A DNA stretch of 64,000 nt from Hydrolagus colliei. Taxonomy: Eukaryota. A model generated the notes under the pieces. It worked only from the letters and a program-made list of their open reading frames with translations. It was not told the DNA's origin and did no database searches. Each line of letters begins with the position of its first letter. The stretch's first letter is position 1. The stretch is from the NCBI GenBank assembly GCA_035084275.1, contig CM068771.1:4216001-4280000 (forward strand), written 5' to 3'. Below are positions 49,864-61,332 of the stretch, in pieces. Position numbers and translations under genes: made by a program.

Positions 49864-51258
49864 TCAGCCTCTCGCAGGCCAGTCAGAGCTGTGCTGGCTG
49901 TCACAGGCGAGGCCCCCATTGTCCTCAGAGTCGCTGTCGCTGCTGTTCTCGACTAGTAGGCGCTCGGCGGCACCAGCTTCGGCCACGATATTCTCCTGAC
50001 CTTGCGGATCACGGCAAGGTAGATCAGAGTCAATGTCCAGGAACTGGTCAGCGATCTGCCTCTCGCCCTCGGCCTCTGTGCTTGTCTTCTCGTCAGCCTC
50101 AGCACGGGGAGCAGCGTCACCAGACGCAAACCCTGCCTTTGCGAAGCAATTGGATATCATCGCAGGCTCCATGCTCTCCCAGGCCCTGGCAGCCATGCCG
50201 ATGGCATCCAGCAGGCTGATGTGTCTGGCCATCTTTCCCACCGAGGCCTGGGGGCTGATGGTGTTGCTGTCAATGGCGTCGAGGAGGCGATTCCGTAGCT
50301 CCTCGCGGTAGGAAAACTTCAGGTGTCGGATGATTCCTTGACCCATGGGTTGGATCATGGTGGTGTCCGGGGGAATCAGCTCCAGGCAGATGTTCTTAAG
50401 CATTGGGACGGTCAGATGACACGGTGCGCTGTCCATGAGAAGAAGAATTTTACGCCCCAGGTTGACCAGCTCTGTGTCCCACTGCACCAGCCACTCCTTA
50501 AATATCGTTCCTGTCATCCACGCCATTTTGTTGGCCTTATAGGTGACAGGCAGAACGGCGCAGTCGACTCCCTGCATACAGCGAGGGCGCTGGCTCTTCC
50601 CGATGACCAGCAGTTTGCGCCGGTCGCAGCCGGTCATGTTGGCGCAGACCATCAGCGTGACACTGTCCGTCGCTCCCTTTACACCACTCGGCTCAGTCGG
50701 GTGCAAATACGAGCCGTTGGGCACCGCGCGATAGCGCAGCCACGTTTCCTCCGCGTTGTAGATGGCATCTGGGGCATAGGAAGAGAGCAGCACGGTGCGG
50801 GAGTTAGCGCCCTCTAGGCCAGCGCTCCTCAGCTCTCCGGGAAACAGCCTGTACACTATGTTGTTACGTGCCTTCCAGCGGCTAAACCAGCCGTCGGTCA
50901 CGGTGAACCCCGGCTTCCCGAGCTCGTGCGCCAGGCTCTGCGCCTTGGCTTTGAGGATGGGCCCATTGAGCGGCTGCCCCTCGGTGGACGCCCTTTGGAA
51001 CCACAGGAGGAGAGCGAGCTCCACCTGGGGATCTTTGCCTTTGCGATCCCTCTTCTTACGCAGACCCACGTCGCCCTCGGCCAAGGTGGCCGCTGTCCGG
51101 CGCAGCTTCGTCTCACTGGCGACGAGGTCACCCAGCGTCGACTTCTTGACCCCGAGCCTCCTGGCCAGTTCTCGCAGGGGAGTCCCCCGCGGCTCCAACT
51201 TGACCCTGTCTAACACTTCTATCTTCTCCAAAAGTGTCCGGGACATTTTCTTCGACAT
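49864..51258 (-). CDS. TIGD-like pogo-derived protein, copy B (464 aa). A +1 C near 49913-49917 shifts out the ancestral last 61 aa (ancestral ORF ~509 aa ending at 49728)
   Basis: MSKKMSRTLLEKIEVL...GVKKSTL; ALLLWF...PLNGPILKAKA...GWFSRWKARNNI; YNAEET, LLLMDSAPCH and QPMGQGII correspond to pogo DDD motifs with D1->E and D3->G; no TIRs found. Confidence 0.85.
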   Translation of the reverse strand: MSKKMSRTLLEKIEVLDRVKLEPRGTPLRELARRLGVKKSTLGDLVASETKLRRTAATLAEGDVGLRKKRDRKGKDPQVELALLLWFQRASTEGQPLNGPILKAKAQSLAHELGKPGFTVTDGWFSRWKARNNIVYRLFPGELRSAGLEGANSRTVLLSSYAPDAIYNAEETWLRYRAVPNGSYLHPTEPSGVKGATDSVTLMVCANMTGCDRRKLLVIGKSQRPRCMQGVDCAVLPVTYKANKMAWMTGTIFKEWLVQWDTELVNLGRKILLLMDSAPCHLTVPMLKNICLELIPPDTTMIQPMGQGIIRHLKFSYREELRNRLLDAIDSNTISPQASVGKMARHISLLDAIGMAARAWESMEPAMISNCFAKAGFASGDAAPRAEADEKTSTEAEGERQIADQFLDIDSDLPCRDPQGQENIVAEAGAAERLLVENSSDSDSEDNGGLACDSQHSSDWPARG

Positions 51259-53032
51259 TATGGCTTCTTATGTGTTGAGAGGATGACACAAGTTTAACAA
51301 TAGAAAATAATACTTCCGATGTCTCAAATGGCTTCACAGGTCTTTTTTTTTGGGGGGGGTGGGGTGGGGGGGCGGGAAGGGAGGAAATGTCTGGTTCATT
51401 TCCGTCCGCCGGGAAATGTCCGGGAAGTGTCTGGTTCCTTCCCGAAGCGGTCGATGTCCCGCCCCCTTTCCCCCCCTCCCGCTGGCTGCTGATTGGCCGC
51501 CCCCAGGGAGCTTCAGCGAGTGGCTTAATGGAACAGACCAGGTTTGAGGCAGGAGGAAACACACACACACTTTATCTGCCGTGTTAGTATTAGTGCCCAG
51601 TCCCTCTTCACAAGTACCACTTTACCCTCTTTTCCCCCTTTCTCCCCCGGCCCCGATTTGGCTGCCGCGTTTCGCCCACAAACGTACAGTCAATTCTCCT
51701 ACCCTCCTTCATCCCACCCCGACCCCTCCCCATCACCCCTGCTCTTGTCCCTACCTGTCTGTACAGCTCCTCGGGACGTCCCCTCGACGCGAAAGGCGAT
51801 ATATAAACGTACGTTTTGATTGATTTAGTGGATGAAACGTGGCAGCCATTTGCACACGGCAGTGTCCCACAAACAGCCGTTGATTGGGTGACCCACAATC
51901 GAGTAACACGGGCATTCCTACTTACCGCTAGTTAAACAGAGGCATGCGAAGGTACTTCCCTGCCCAGGAATCGACTCTGGGTCCTCTCGCTCGAGAGGCG
52001 AGAGAGCTAACCACTGAACTGCAAGACTCCACAAACTCAACGGTGCTCGATTGCCTTTGCAATCTGCACACCAACTGATTCACTGGGACTATTTAAGCTG
52101 TTGTTGGCTGAATGAGAATATTGGTCATGTATTGCAGAATGCACAGCTTTGAATATACATCTTGAAATACAATAATAATAATAATAATCCTTGCATTTGA
52201 CGCAGCGCTTTTCACACTTCATCGTCTTAGAGATTTTTCAAAGCGCTTCACGGAATATACTGTGAAGTGAAGCGACTGTATATATTTGTGGGCGAAACGC
52301 AGCAGCCAATTGCGCACAGCAGCGTCCCCCACACACAGTCGTGGATTGAAATGACAAATTTCTTTATTGTGTTTATTTGGAGGGATTATTATTGTGTGTG
52401 TGTCTGTGTCTGTGTGTGTGTGTGGAGTAAGGAAACTTGCCCAAGGTTTCGCCCTGACCTGCCTGGATTTGAACACAGGTCTCACGCTAGTGAATGCGAG
52501 TGCTCTAACCACTGAGCTACAGGAGCTACAGAATATAATATATTATGTTATAACGAGGGCTGGTTTAAAGCAAAATCTCAGAAGTATCCAATACCAATGC
52601 CATTTTAGAAACTAAATTTAAAAAATTTTAGTAATTAAATTTAAAATATCTCCCCGAGAGCCAACCACCTTCCGCCCGATCTAAGCCTGCTCTTCCCTTG
52701 TGGAGAGGTGCAGCCATGTGGTCGGTGACTGAGAGTGAAACTCGTCTCTTCGCTTCTCACACGATTGCAAACAGTGGCTCCAACGCGCCCCTCACTGGCC
52801 AGNNNNNNNNNNNNNNNNNNNNNNNNNNNNNNNNNNNNNNNNNNNNNNNNNNNNNNNNNNNNNNNNNNNNNNNNNNNNNNNNNNNNNNNNNNNNNNNNNN
52901 NNNNNNNNNNNNNNNNNNNNNNNNNNNNNNNNNNNNNNNNNNNNNNNTCTGTGTGTATGCAGACTGTGTGTTTGTAGTCTGTGTGTACAGTATGTGTGTG
53001 GGCGTATATACATTCTGTGTGTGTACAGTATA

Positions 53033-55660
53033 CAGGGCCGTACGCAGGATGTTTAATGGGGGGGTGCGAATTGCTAGTGAAGGGACCAACAATGGCCGGG
53101 GGCTTGGGGGCTGCCCCCGGGGCCCCCTCGAGGCTCCGACGTTTTACACAGTTTGAGGTCTTATTTAATCGGTTCAGAAGATCCAATATGAACGGTATTT
53201 ATGCCCTTGGTGTTTAAGAGCATCATTATTTATTCAGTGTTTTTATTTTCCCCGGTAGTCCGTGTCTAATTGGGAAGGTCGAATGTGTTCGCCGATAAAA
53301 GCAAACACGATTGTTGACTCGATGATGTAAGGAATGCGAACGATAAAGTAAATTACAATCCAATTAACACAGTACAATGACGAATGCTTGATAAATGTAG
53401 GCGTATAGAGAAAATGATCATAAACTACAGATTGACGGTAACTAATAAGTTGTTCTGCATTGTTATCCTAAGACTAAACTTCTTTCGGACTGTAATGAAC
53501 AATAATGTAAGAATAAAGTATGAATGATGTGCTCAGATATTCCAGCAAAGCAAATGTTATAAAAGACAAGAAAATATACAGAAACTGAAAATCAGTGTAA
53601 AACAGTTAATTCACACGTGTTACAAGCCTGTTATCAGCATTATCCTGAAAATATCGTTGAACTGTGAGCAATAGTGTAGTTAGTTTTTATTTATTTAGAA
53701 TCAAAATGAAAGGCAGTGACCCATCAAGCAATACTGACCTGACGAAAAAATACTTGAAAAAATAAGGGAGGGGAAATTAATTCTTTAATAGCATTCCGTA
53801 TTCGAGACGCCTCGGTCGCTTTGAAGCCAATACGTCAACCGCTCTACCAATATCGATTTCCATATTATAATGAATGTGCATTAACGCGAGGGCTGAAAGT
53901 CGCTCCTATACGGAGCAGAATGCTGGACACTTAGGCAAACCCAGGAGATTAGGTGACTCGTGAGGTATATACCAGGCTTCTAAGAGACGCCCTGAACGTT
54001 TACTGGCGACAGCATCTGACAAATTGTGAGCTATATGGTACACTACCACACTGGTATCACAGACATTACCGCAGAGGCGTCTTAGGTTTAGCGGACATAG
54101 CTGGAGAAGCCGGGAGGAAACTGTCCATAGTGCTACTATCCTATGGGAACCATTGCACGGTCACAGAACACGAGGTAGACCGACCCTAACCTACCTCGCT
54201 ACATGAAATGCACGGATTATATTATTATTCAAAGAGAGAAAGAGTGACTTTCAGAGGAGTCACGTTGAAGAGATTTGTGTAGGAAGAGCTGTTGCTTTGC
54301 AGACTCGACTGCACCTGTCCTTTATATCCCGCTGGTGTGAGGCAGCAGTTCTGGGGACCTCAACTCTAACAGGTGCAGGTTAACAATCCTTTAAGTTATA
54401 GCCAATTACGTGACACTGCCCACAAACCCTGAAAATAAATCTCAGTTGTCAATCAGTCAGATATGCAACCTCGACCTTGGGAATGTCTTCAGATTCAGAG
54501 GCACTGAGTAGGAGGGAAAGAAAGTTTCCCACAGGTGATAGAAGACAGCAGCATCACCTGGCGAGTCGCCTGGCACAGTGAATAGCACTCTGGCCTCTGA
54601 GTCAGAAAGTTGTGGGTTCAAACCCCACGTCGGCACTCGGTATCACACAGAGGAAGCTGACACTTCAATGTGGTGCTGTGGGGGGGGGGGGGGGGTTAGA
54701 GGCTGTTCTTTTGGTTGAGATGCTGAACCGAGGTCTGATCCGTCTGTTTAGATGGATGTGAAAAGATCCTCTGACACTACTCGAAAAGCGGAGGGAAGTC
54801 TCTCTCCTGTTGTCCTGGCCAACAAACGCCCCCAAATAAAATCGGTGACTCACTCCATCGGTGTTTGTGGGACAATCCTGGGCAAAAACTGGCCACTTTA
54901 CAGTACGTTCTGTGAAGCGCTCTGAGCTGTCTGACAATGTACTAAGGCACTATTATCAATTGCTAACATTATCAGATTAAAATACGATTTCAGCTTCCAC
55001 AAAGTGGTGCTACCTTTTTATGTAGTGACTGTATACGGGATGATTTCCGATTGACACACCACGTAGAATAGGCGCTAAAGCCTAGGTCTATGTCCATGCG
55101 TATTTTTTTTAAAGATAGGCATTCCCGTCCAGCATATAACTTTTTGTTGGGTTCTCAAAAGCTTTAATTTCTCAGAAGCTTGTACATATGTTGTCATTGT
55201 TTGCTAGCATTACAGTCACACCTCTCAAAACTTGAGTCATTTTTACTTACGGTGATCAGATGAAAAGATGATTTTAACTCCAGAATTGGTGCTGCCCCTT
55301 GTGGCTGTTTACGGGATGATTTCCAAACGAGGATTTGAGTCTTGGCTCCTATGTTTATCCAATCACGAGTCACAGACTCGCCGCGTCATGGACTGGTCTA
55401 TCGACGCGGTATGTTTTGGGGTAGACGCCGATTCTGGTGTGCGACTCGATAATTTTATATTAATACTAAATCATTCAAAGATGTGAGTTTATAATTTATA
55501 CATAGTTTTGAAGAACTGATTGTTACTCAAATGTTCAATAAATTTACTTGGTATTTAAATTTGATAAAAAAATACAATTCTCTACCCCGGAAAATGTGGA
55601 CCTTTTATAATTTGGGGGGGTGCGTACGCACCCGTCGCACCCCCCCTGCGTACGGCCTTG
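53033..55660 (-). mobile_element. Same hAT-like element in opposite orientation, unit C, with 5-bp TSD GTATA
   Basis: gtata|CAGGGCCGTACGCAGG ... CCTGCGTACGGCCTTG|gtata; unit A empty site tacagtatattgac (1580-1593). Confidence 0.92.
53880..54205 (+). mobile_element. RTE-clade LINE ORF C-terminal fragment inside the hAT-like element (also 33365-33690 -, 58554-58722 +, and the next segment at 57481-57600 +)
   Basis: [27 protein letters not shown] / [11 protein letters not shown]...[19 protein letters not shown] resembles RTE-type C-termini. Confidence 0.65.
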
Positions 55661-57219
55661 GTATATTGACTACAAACACTGACTACACACACACACACAC
55701 ACACTACAGTGTGTGAAGTATACAGTAGTTTACGGTGTGTGAGTGTGTGTACGATCAGTGGATATACACAGTCACTGTGGGTCTAAATAAATGCAAACTA
55801 AGAATAAGAATAATCCTCGCATTTGATACAGCACCTCATTAGGTCTTTGAGACGTCTCAAAGCCAGAGTGTAACAGACTGTACATTTTGTGGGCGAAATG
55901 CTGTAGCCAACTGCGCACAGCAGCGTCCCCCCCAAAAGGTAGTGGATCGAGGGACCAAATTCTTATAGTTTTTTATTTTTTAAGGGATTATTACTCCCGA
56001 AAATGGCAACTCGCCAATCGACAGGTTTCTACTTGCTGCTAGGCATATAGAGGCTTGTTGAGTGAGGAAACTTGCCTCACTTTTCGCCCTGTGTGTGTAC
56101 AGTCAGCGTATGACTGCCCCTGACTGTTTCTCTCTCTCGTGTCTTCTCCCCACAGCTGCCTCACTCCCTGCGCAGCCTCGACGAAGTCACATACGCAGAG
56201 ATCAACTGGACCCCGATGAGGAGACCCAGCCCACAGCCCAGGGCTCTGTGTGCACACACTGNNNNNNNNNNNNNNNNNNNNNNNNNNNNNNNNNNNNNNN
56301 NNNNNNNNNNNNNNNNNNNNNNNNNNNNNNNNNNNNNNNNNNNNNNNNNNNNNNNNNNNNNNNNNNNNNNNNNNNNNNNNNNNNNNNNNNNNNNNNNNNN
56401 NNNNNNNNNNNNNNNNNNNNNNNNNNNNNNNNNNNNNNNNNNNNNNNNNNNNNNNNNNNNNNNNNNNNCGAACTGACACACTGACACACACACTGACACA
56501 CACACACTGACACACACACACACTGACACACACACACTGACACACACACACTGACACACACACACTACACTGACTGAGTACACACAATCTAAGTACACCA
56601 GCATCCAAACTGACACACATGTGGAAACACACACATTANNNNNNNNNNNNNNNNNNNNNNNNNNNNNNNNNNNNNNNNNNNNNNNNNNNNNNNNNNNNNN
56701 NNNNNNNNNNNNNNNNNNNNNNNNNNNNNNNNNNNNNNNNNNNNNNNNNNNNNNNNNNNNNNNNNNNNNNNNNNNNNNNNNNNNNNNNNNNNNNNNNNNN
56801 NNNNNNNNNNNNNNNNNNNNNNNNNNNNNNNNNNNNNNNNNNNNNNNNNNNNNNNNNNNNNNNNNNNNNNNNNNNNNNNNNNNNNNNNNNNNNNNNNNNN
56901 NNNNNNNNNNNNNNNNNNNNNNATTTAATGTAATTTAATTAACAGTAATTTAAAAAATGAAAAATAAAATTTTAATTGAAAAAAACTTTTGGTGCAATGT
57001 GAGTGCGTGTACGATCAGTGGATACACTGTGTATATCCACTGATCGTACACGCACTCACACACCGTAAACTACTGTGGCTCAGTGATTAGAGCACTTGTC
57101 TTGCAAGGCTGGGGAGACCTGTGTTCGAATCCAGGCAGGTCAGGGCAAAACGTCAGGCAAGTTTCCTTACGCCACACGCCTAATAATAATCCCTCCAACA
57201 AAAAAAACACAACAATAAA

Positions 57220-60186
57220 CAGGGCCGTACGCAGGATTTTTTTTGGGGGGGTGCGAATTGCTAGTGATGGGACCAACAATGGCCGGGGGCTTGGGGGCTG
57301 CCCCCGAAGCCCCCTCAAGGCTCCGACGTTTTACACAGTTTGAGGTCTTATTTAATCGATTCAGAAGATCCAATATGAACGGTAAATGTTTCATGCCCTT
57401 GGTGTCTAAGAGCATCATTATTTATTCAGTGTTTTTATTTTCCCCGGTAGTCCGTGTCTAAATTTTTTTGGAAGGTCGAATACTCGATACTCTGGAGCGC
57501 GATTGGGGTATTGGCAGGCGGGAGTTGTCAGGCTGCATGGAGAGAAGGGATCAGTGGAGAAGTGTGGTTGTCAATGCCCGAGTTCGCTTGATCAGATGAC
57601 GGTGAAACTATTTTTATGCCAAATTCGTGCGACATTGATGTTTTTTCACTCTGGGTACAAAACTGAATGTGAAATAAAGTAGCACTGTTTATCTTTGCGG
57701 TCATATGTTTTTTGCATGCCAGTGGACGTCTCTAAAAGCAATTTTTAATTACAGGAATACATTTTTAATAATATAAATCAAATGTGATAATCAAGACAAA
57801 ACAAGAAACATGATATTTCAGAAACACGCCTATCAAAACATAAGTCATTTTTACTGACATTTATCAGATTAAAATATGATTTCAGCTTCCACAAAGTGGT
57901 GCTACCTTTTTATGTAGTGACTGTATACGGGATGATTTCCGATTGACACACCACGTGGAATAGGCGCTAAAGCCTAGGTCTATGTCCATGAGTATTTTTT
58001 TTAAAGATAGGCATTCCCGTCCAGCACATATAACTTTTTTGTTGGGTTCTCAAAAGCTTTAATTTCTCAGAAGCTTGTAAATATGTTGTCATTGTTTGCT
58101 AGCATTACAGTCACACCTCTCAAAACTTGAGTATTTTTTACTTACGGTGATCAGATGAAAAGATGATTTAACTTCCAGCAGTGGTGCTACCCTTGTGGCT
58201 GTTTACGGGATGATTTCCAAACGAGGATTTGAGTCTTGGCGCCAATGTTTATCCAATCACGAGTTACAGACTCGCCGCGTCATGGACTGGTCTATCGACG
58301 CGATATGTTTTGGGGTAGACGCCGATTCTGGTGCGCGACTCGATAATTTTATATTAATACTAAATCATTCAAAGATGTGAGTTTATAATTTATACATAGT
58401 TTTGAAGAACTGATTGTTACACAAATGCTCAATAAATTTACTTGGTATTTAAACTTGATAAAAAATACAATTCTCTACCCCGGAAAATGTGGACCTTTTA
58501 TAATTTGGGGGGGTGCGTACGCACCCGTCGCACCCCCCCTGCGTACGGCCTTGTATATGGTACACCACCACACTGGTATCACAGACATTACCGCAGAGGC
58601 GTCTTAGGTTTAGCGGACATAGCTGGAGAAGCCGGGAGGAAACTGTCCATAGTGCTACTATCCTATGGGAACCATTGCACGGTCACAGAACACGAGGTAG
58701 ACCGACCCTAACCTACCTCGCTACATGAAATGCACGGATTATATTATTATTCAAAGAGAGAAAGAGTGACTTTCAGAGGAGTCACGTTGAAGAGATTTGT
58801 GTAGGAAGAGCTGTTGCTTTGCAGACTCGACTGCACCTGTCCTTTATATCCCGCTGGTGTGAGGCAGCAGTTCTGGGGACCTCAATTCTAACAGGTGCAG
58901 GTTAACAATCCTTTAAGTTATAGCCAATTACGTGACACTGCCCACAAACCCTGAAAATAAATCTCAGTTGTCAATCAGTCAGATATGCAACCTCGACCAT
59001 GGGAATGTCTTCAGATTCAGAGGCACTGAGTAGGAGGGAAAGAAAGTTTCCCACAGGTGATAGAAGACAGCAGCATCACCTGGCGAGTCGCCTGGCACAG
59101 TGAATAGCACTCTGGCCTCTGAGTCAGAAAGTTGTGGGTTCAAACCCCACGTCGGCACTCGGTATCACACAGAGGAAGCTGACACTTCAATGTGGTGCTG
59201 GGGGGGGGGGGGTGTCCCATTGTTAGAGGCTGTTCTTTTGGTTGAGATGCTGAACCGAGGTCTGATCCGTCTGTTTAGATGGATGTGAAAAGATCCTCTG
59301 ACACTACTCGAAAAGCGGAGGGAAGTCTCTCTCCTGTTGTCCTGGCCAACAAACGCCCCCAAATAAAATCGGTGACTCACTCCATCGGTGTTTGTGGGAC
59401 AATCCTGGGCAAAAACTGGCCACTTTACAGTACGTTCTGTGAAGCCTCTGAGCTGTCTGACAATGTACTAAGGCACTATTATCAATTGCTAACATTATCA
59501 GATTAAAATACGATTTCAGCTTCCACAAAGTGGTGCTACCTTTTTATGTAGTGACTGTATACGGGATGATTTCCGATTGACACACCACGTAGAATAGGCG
59601 CTAAAGCCTAGGTCTATGTCCATGCGTATTTTTTTTAAAGATAGGCATTCCCGTCCAGCATATAACTTTTTGTTGGGTTCTCAAAAGCTTTAATTTCTCA
59701 GAAGCTTGTACATATGTTGTCATTGTTTGCTAGCATTACAGTCACACCTCTCAAAACTTGAGTCATTTTTACTTACGGTGATCAGATGAAAAGATGATTT
59801 TAACTCCAGAATTGGTGCTGCCCCTTGTGGCTGTTTACGGGATGATTTCCAAACGAGGATTTGAGTCTTGGCTCCTATGTTTATCCAATCACGAGTCACA
59901 GACTCGCCGCGTCATGGACTGGTCTATCGACGCGGTATGTTTTGGGGTAGACGCCGATTCTGGTGCGCGACTCGATAATTTTATATTAATACTAAATCAT
60001 TCAAAGATGTGAGTTTATAATTTATACATAGTTTTGAAGAACTGATTGTTACTCAAATGTTCAATAAATTTACTTGGTATTTAAATTTGATAAAAAAATA
60101 CAATTCTCTACCCCGGAAAATGTGGACCTTTTATAATTTGGGGGGGTGCGTACGCACCCGTCGCACCCCCCCTGCGTACGGCCTTG
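57220..60186 (-). mobile_element. Composite hAT-like element: 1.33-kb variant (57220-58553) fused to a partial second copy (58554-60186), with 5-bp TSD ATAAA
   Basis: ataaa|CAGGGCCG... ; internal TIR ends at 58553; outer TIR ends at 60186|ataaa; unit A empty site acaacaataaagttgg (~3904-3919). Confidence 0.9.
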
Positions 60187-60711
60187 ATAAAGTTGGTCAT
60201 TTCAATCCACGACTGTGTGTGGGGGGGACGCCGCTGTGCGCAATTGGCTGCCGTGTTTCGCCCACAAATATATGCAGTCACTTCACTTTACAGTGTGGTC
60301 TGTGAAGCGCTTTGGGACGTCGATAAGATGTGAAAAGCGCCGTATCAAATGCAAGGATTATTATTATATATATATGACCGAGTGAGACACCATTGTCCAC
60401 GCAATTTAATAAATAATAATCCCTGTCTGACACACATACCTTCTCGTGTCTGGGGGACGTCTCAAAGCGCTTCACAGGATTCATCCCCCCTACCTCGTCT
60501 CTCCTCACAGCAGTACTGCTGCTTCCGCTCTACTGGGTCTGGCCTCCTCCTTGTCCCCCCGAATCCTATGCTCGACCATCGGCAGCCGTGCTTTCCACCA
60601 CTGTGCCCTGAAACTTTGGAGTTTGGAACTCCCTCCCTCAACCCCTTCACCTCAAACCCTCCTTTGCACCATCTTCAGGTGGCACCTGAGACCTTTCTCA
60701 TTGACTTGAGC

Positions 60712-61332
60712 CATACGGACATGGAGGTGCAGAGGGACTGAACGTCCAGTGTGAAAAGGAGACGTTCAGGACCGTGCAACTGGAAATTGTCGAAATGTCG
60801 GAGGGCGTCCGACGAGTCACGGATATAGTTGGGTAGGGATTGGACGAGGGGAGCAAAAATGTAGTCTAAATATGATGAAATGAATTCAGTGGGACAGGAG
60901 CAGGCTGAGACAACGGGTCTGCCAGGACAGTCCTGTTTAGGAATCTTGGGGAGAAAGTGTAGGCGGGCTGTGCGGGGTTGGGTGACTATGAGGTTGGACG
61001 CAGTAGGAGGAAGGTCACCAGCGGAGATGAGGTTATTAACTACCTCAGTGACGGAGGCTTGGTGTTGAGCTGTGGGGTCATGGTTGAGTGGAAGGTAGGC
61101 GGCGTTGTCGGAGAGCTGGCGTTTGGCCTCTGCCAGATACGGCTCCTTACGCCAGACAACGACAGCAGCACCCTGGTCAGCTGGTTTGATGATGAAATCA
61201 GGGTTGGCCCTGAGGGAGTGGAGTGCAGTGCGTTCAGAGGGAGAGAGGCTGTTGTTTGCTGTTGGACTGAAGGTGAGGCTCTGAGCAGACTCAGACAACA
61301 ATATGTGAGGAGCTACCGTCAACACTCGCAGT
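60712..61332 (-). mobile_element. Penelope-like RT fragment, unit C
   Basis: Near-identical paralog of 4435-5055. Confidence 0.85.

Larger units (their letters stand above)
22714..51393 (+). repeat. Tandem segmental duplication unit B (28.7 kb); longer than A mainly because of CR1 and hAT-like insertions and expanded simple repeats
   Basis: Collinear with unit A; HSP70 offset 28686 bp; extra segments at 29163-31519, 31899-34533 and 39054-39253. Confidence 0.95.

Noticed and set aside
22714-51393. Idea that units A and B are two haplotypes mis-joined by the assembler
   Set aside because: At least three spacer copies with distinct insertions are present, more than a diploid can supply; not fully excluded without read data.
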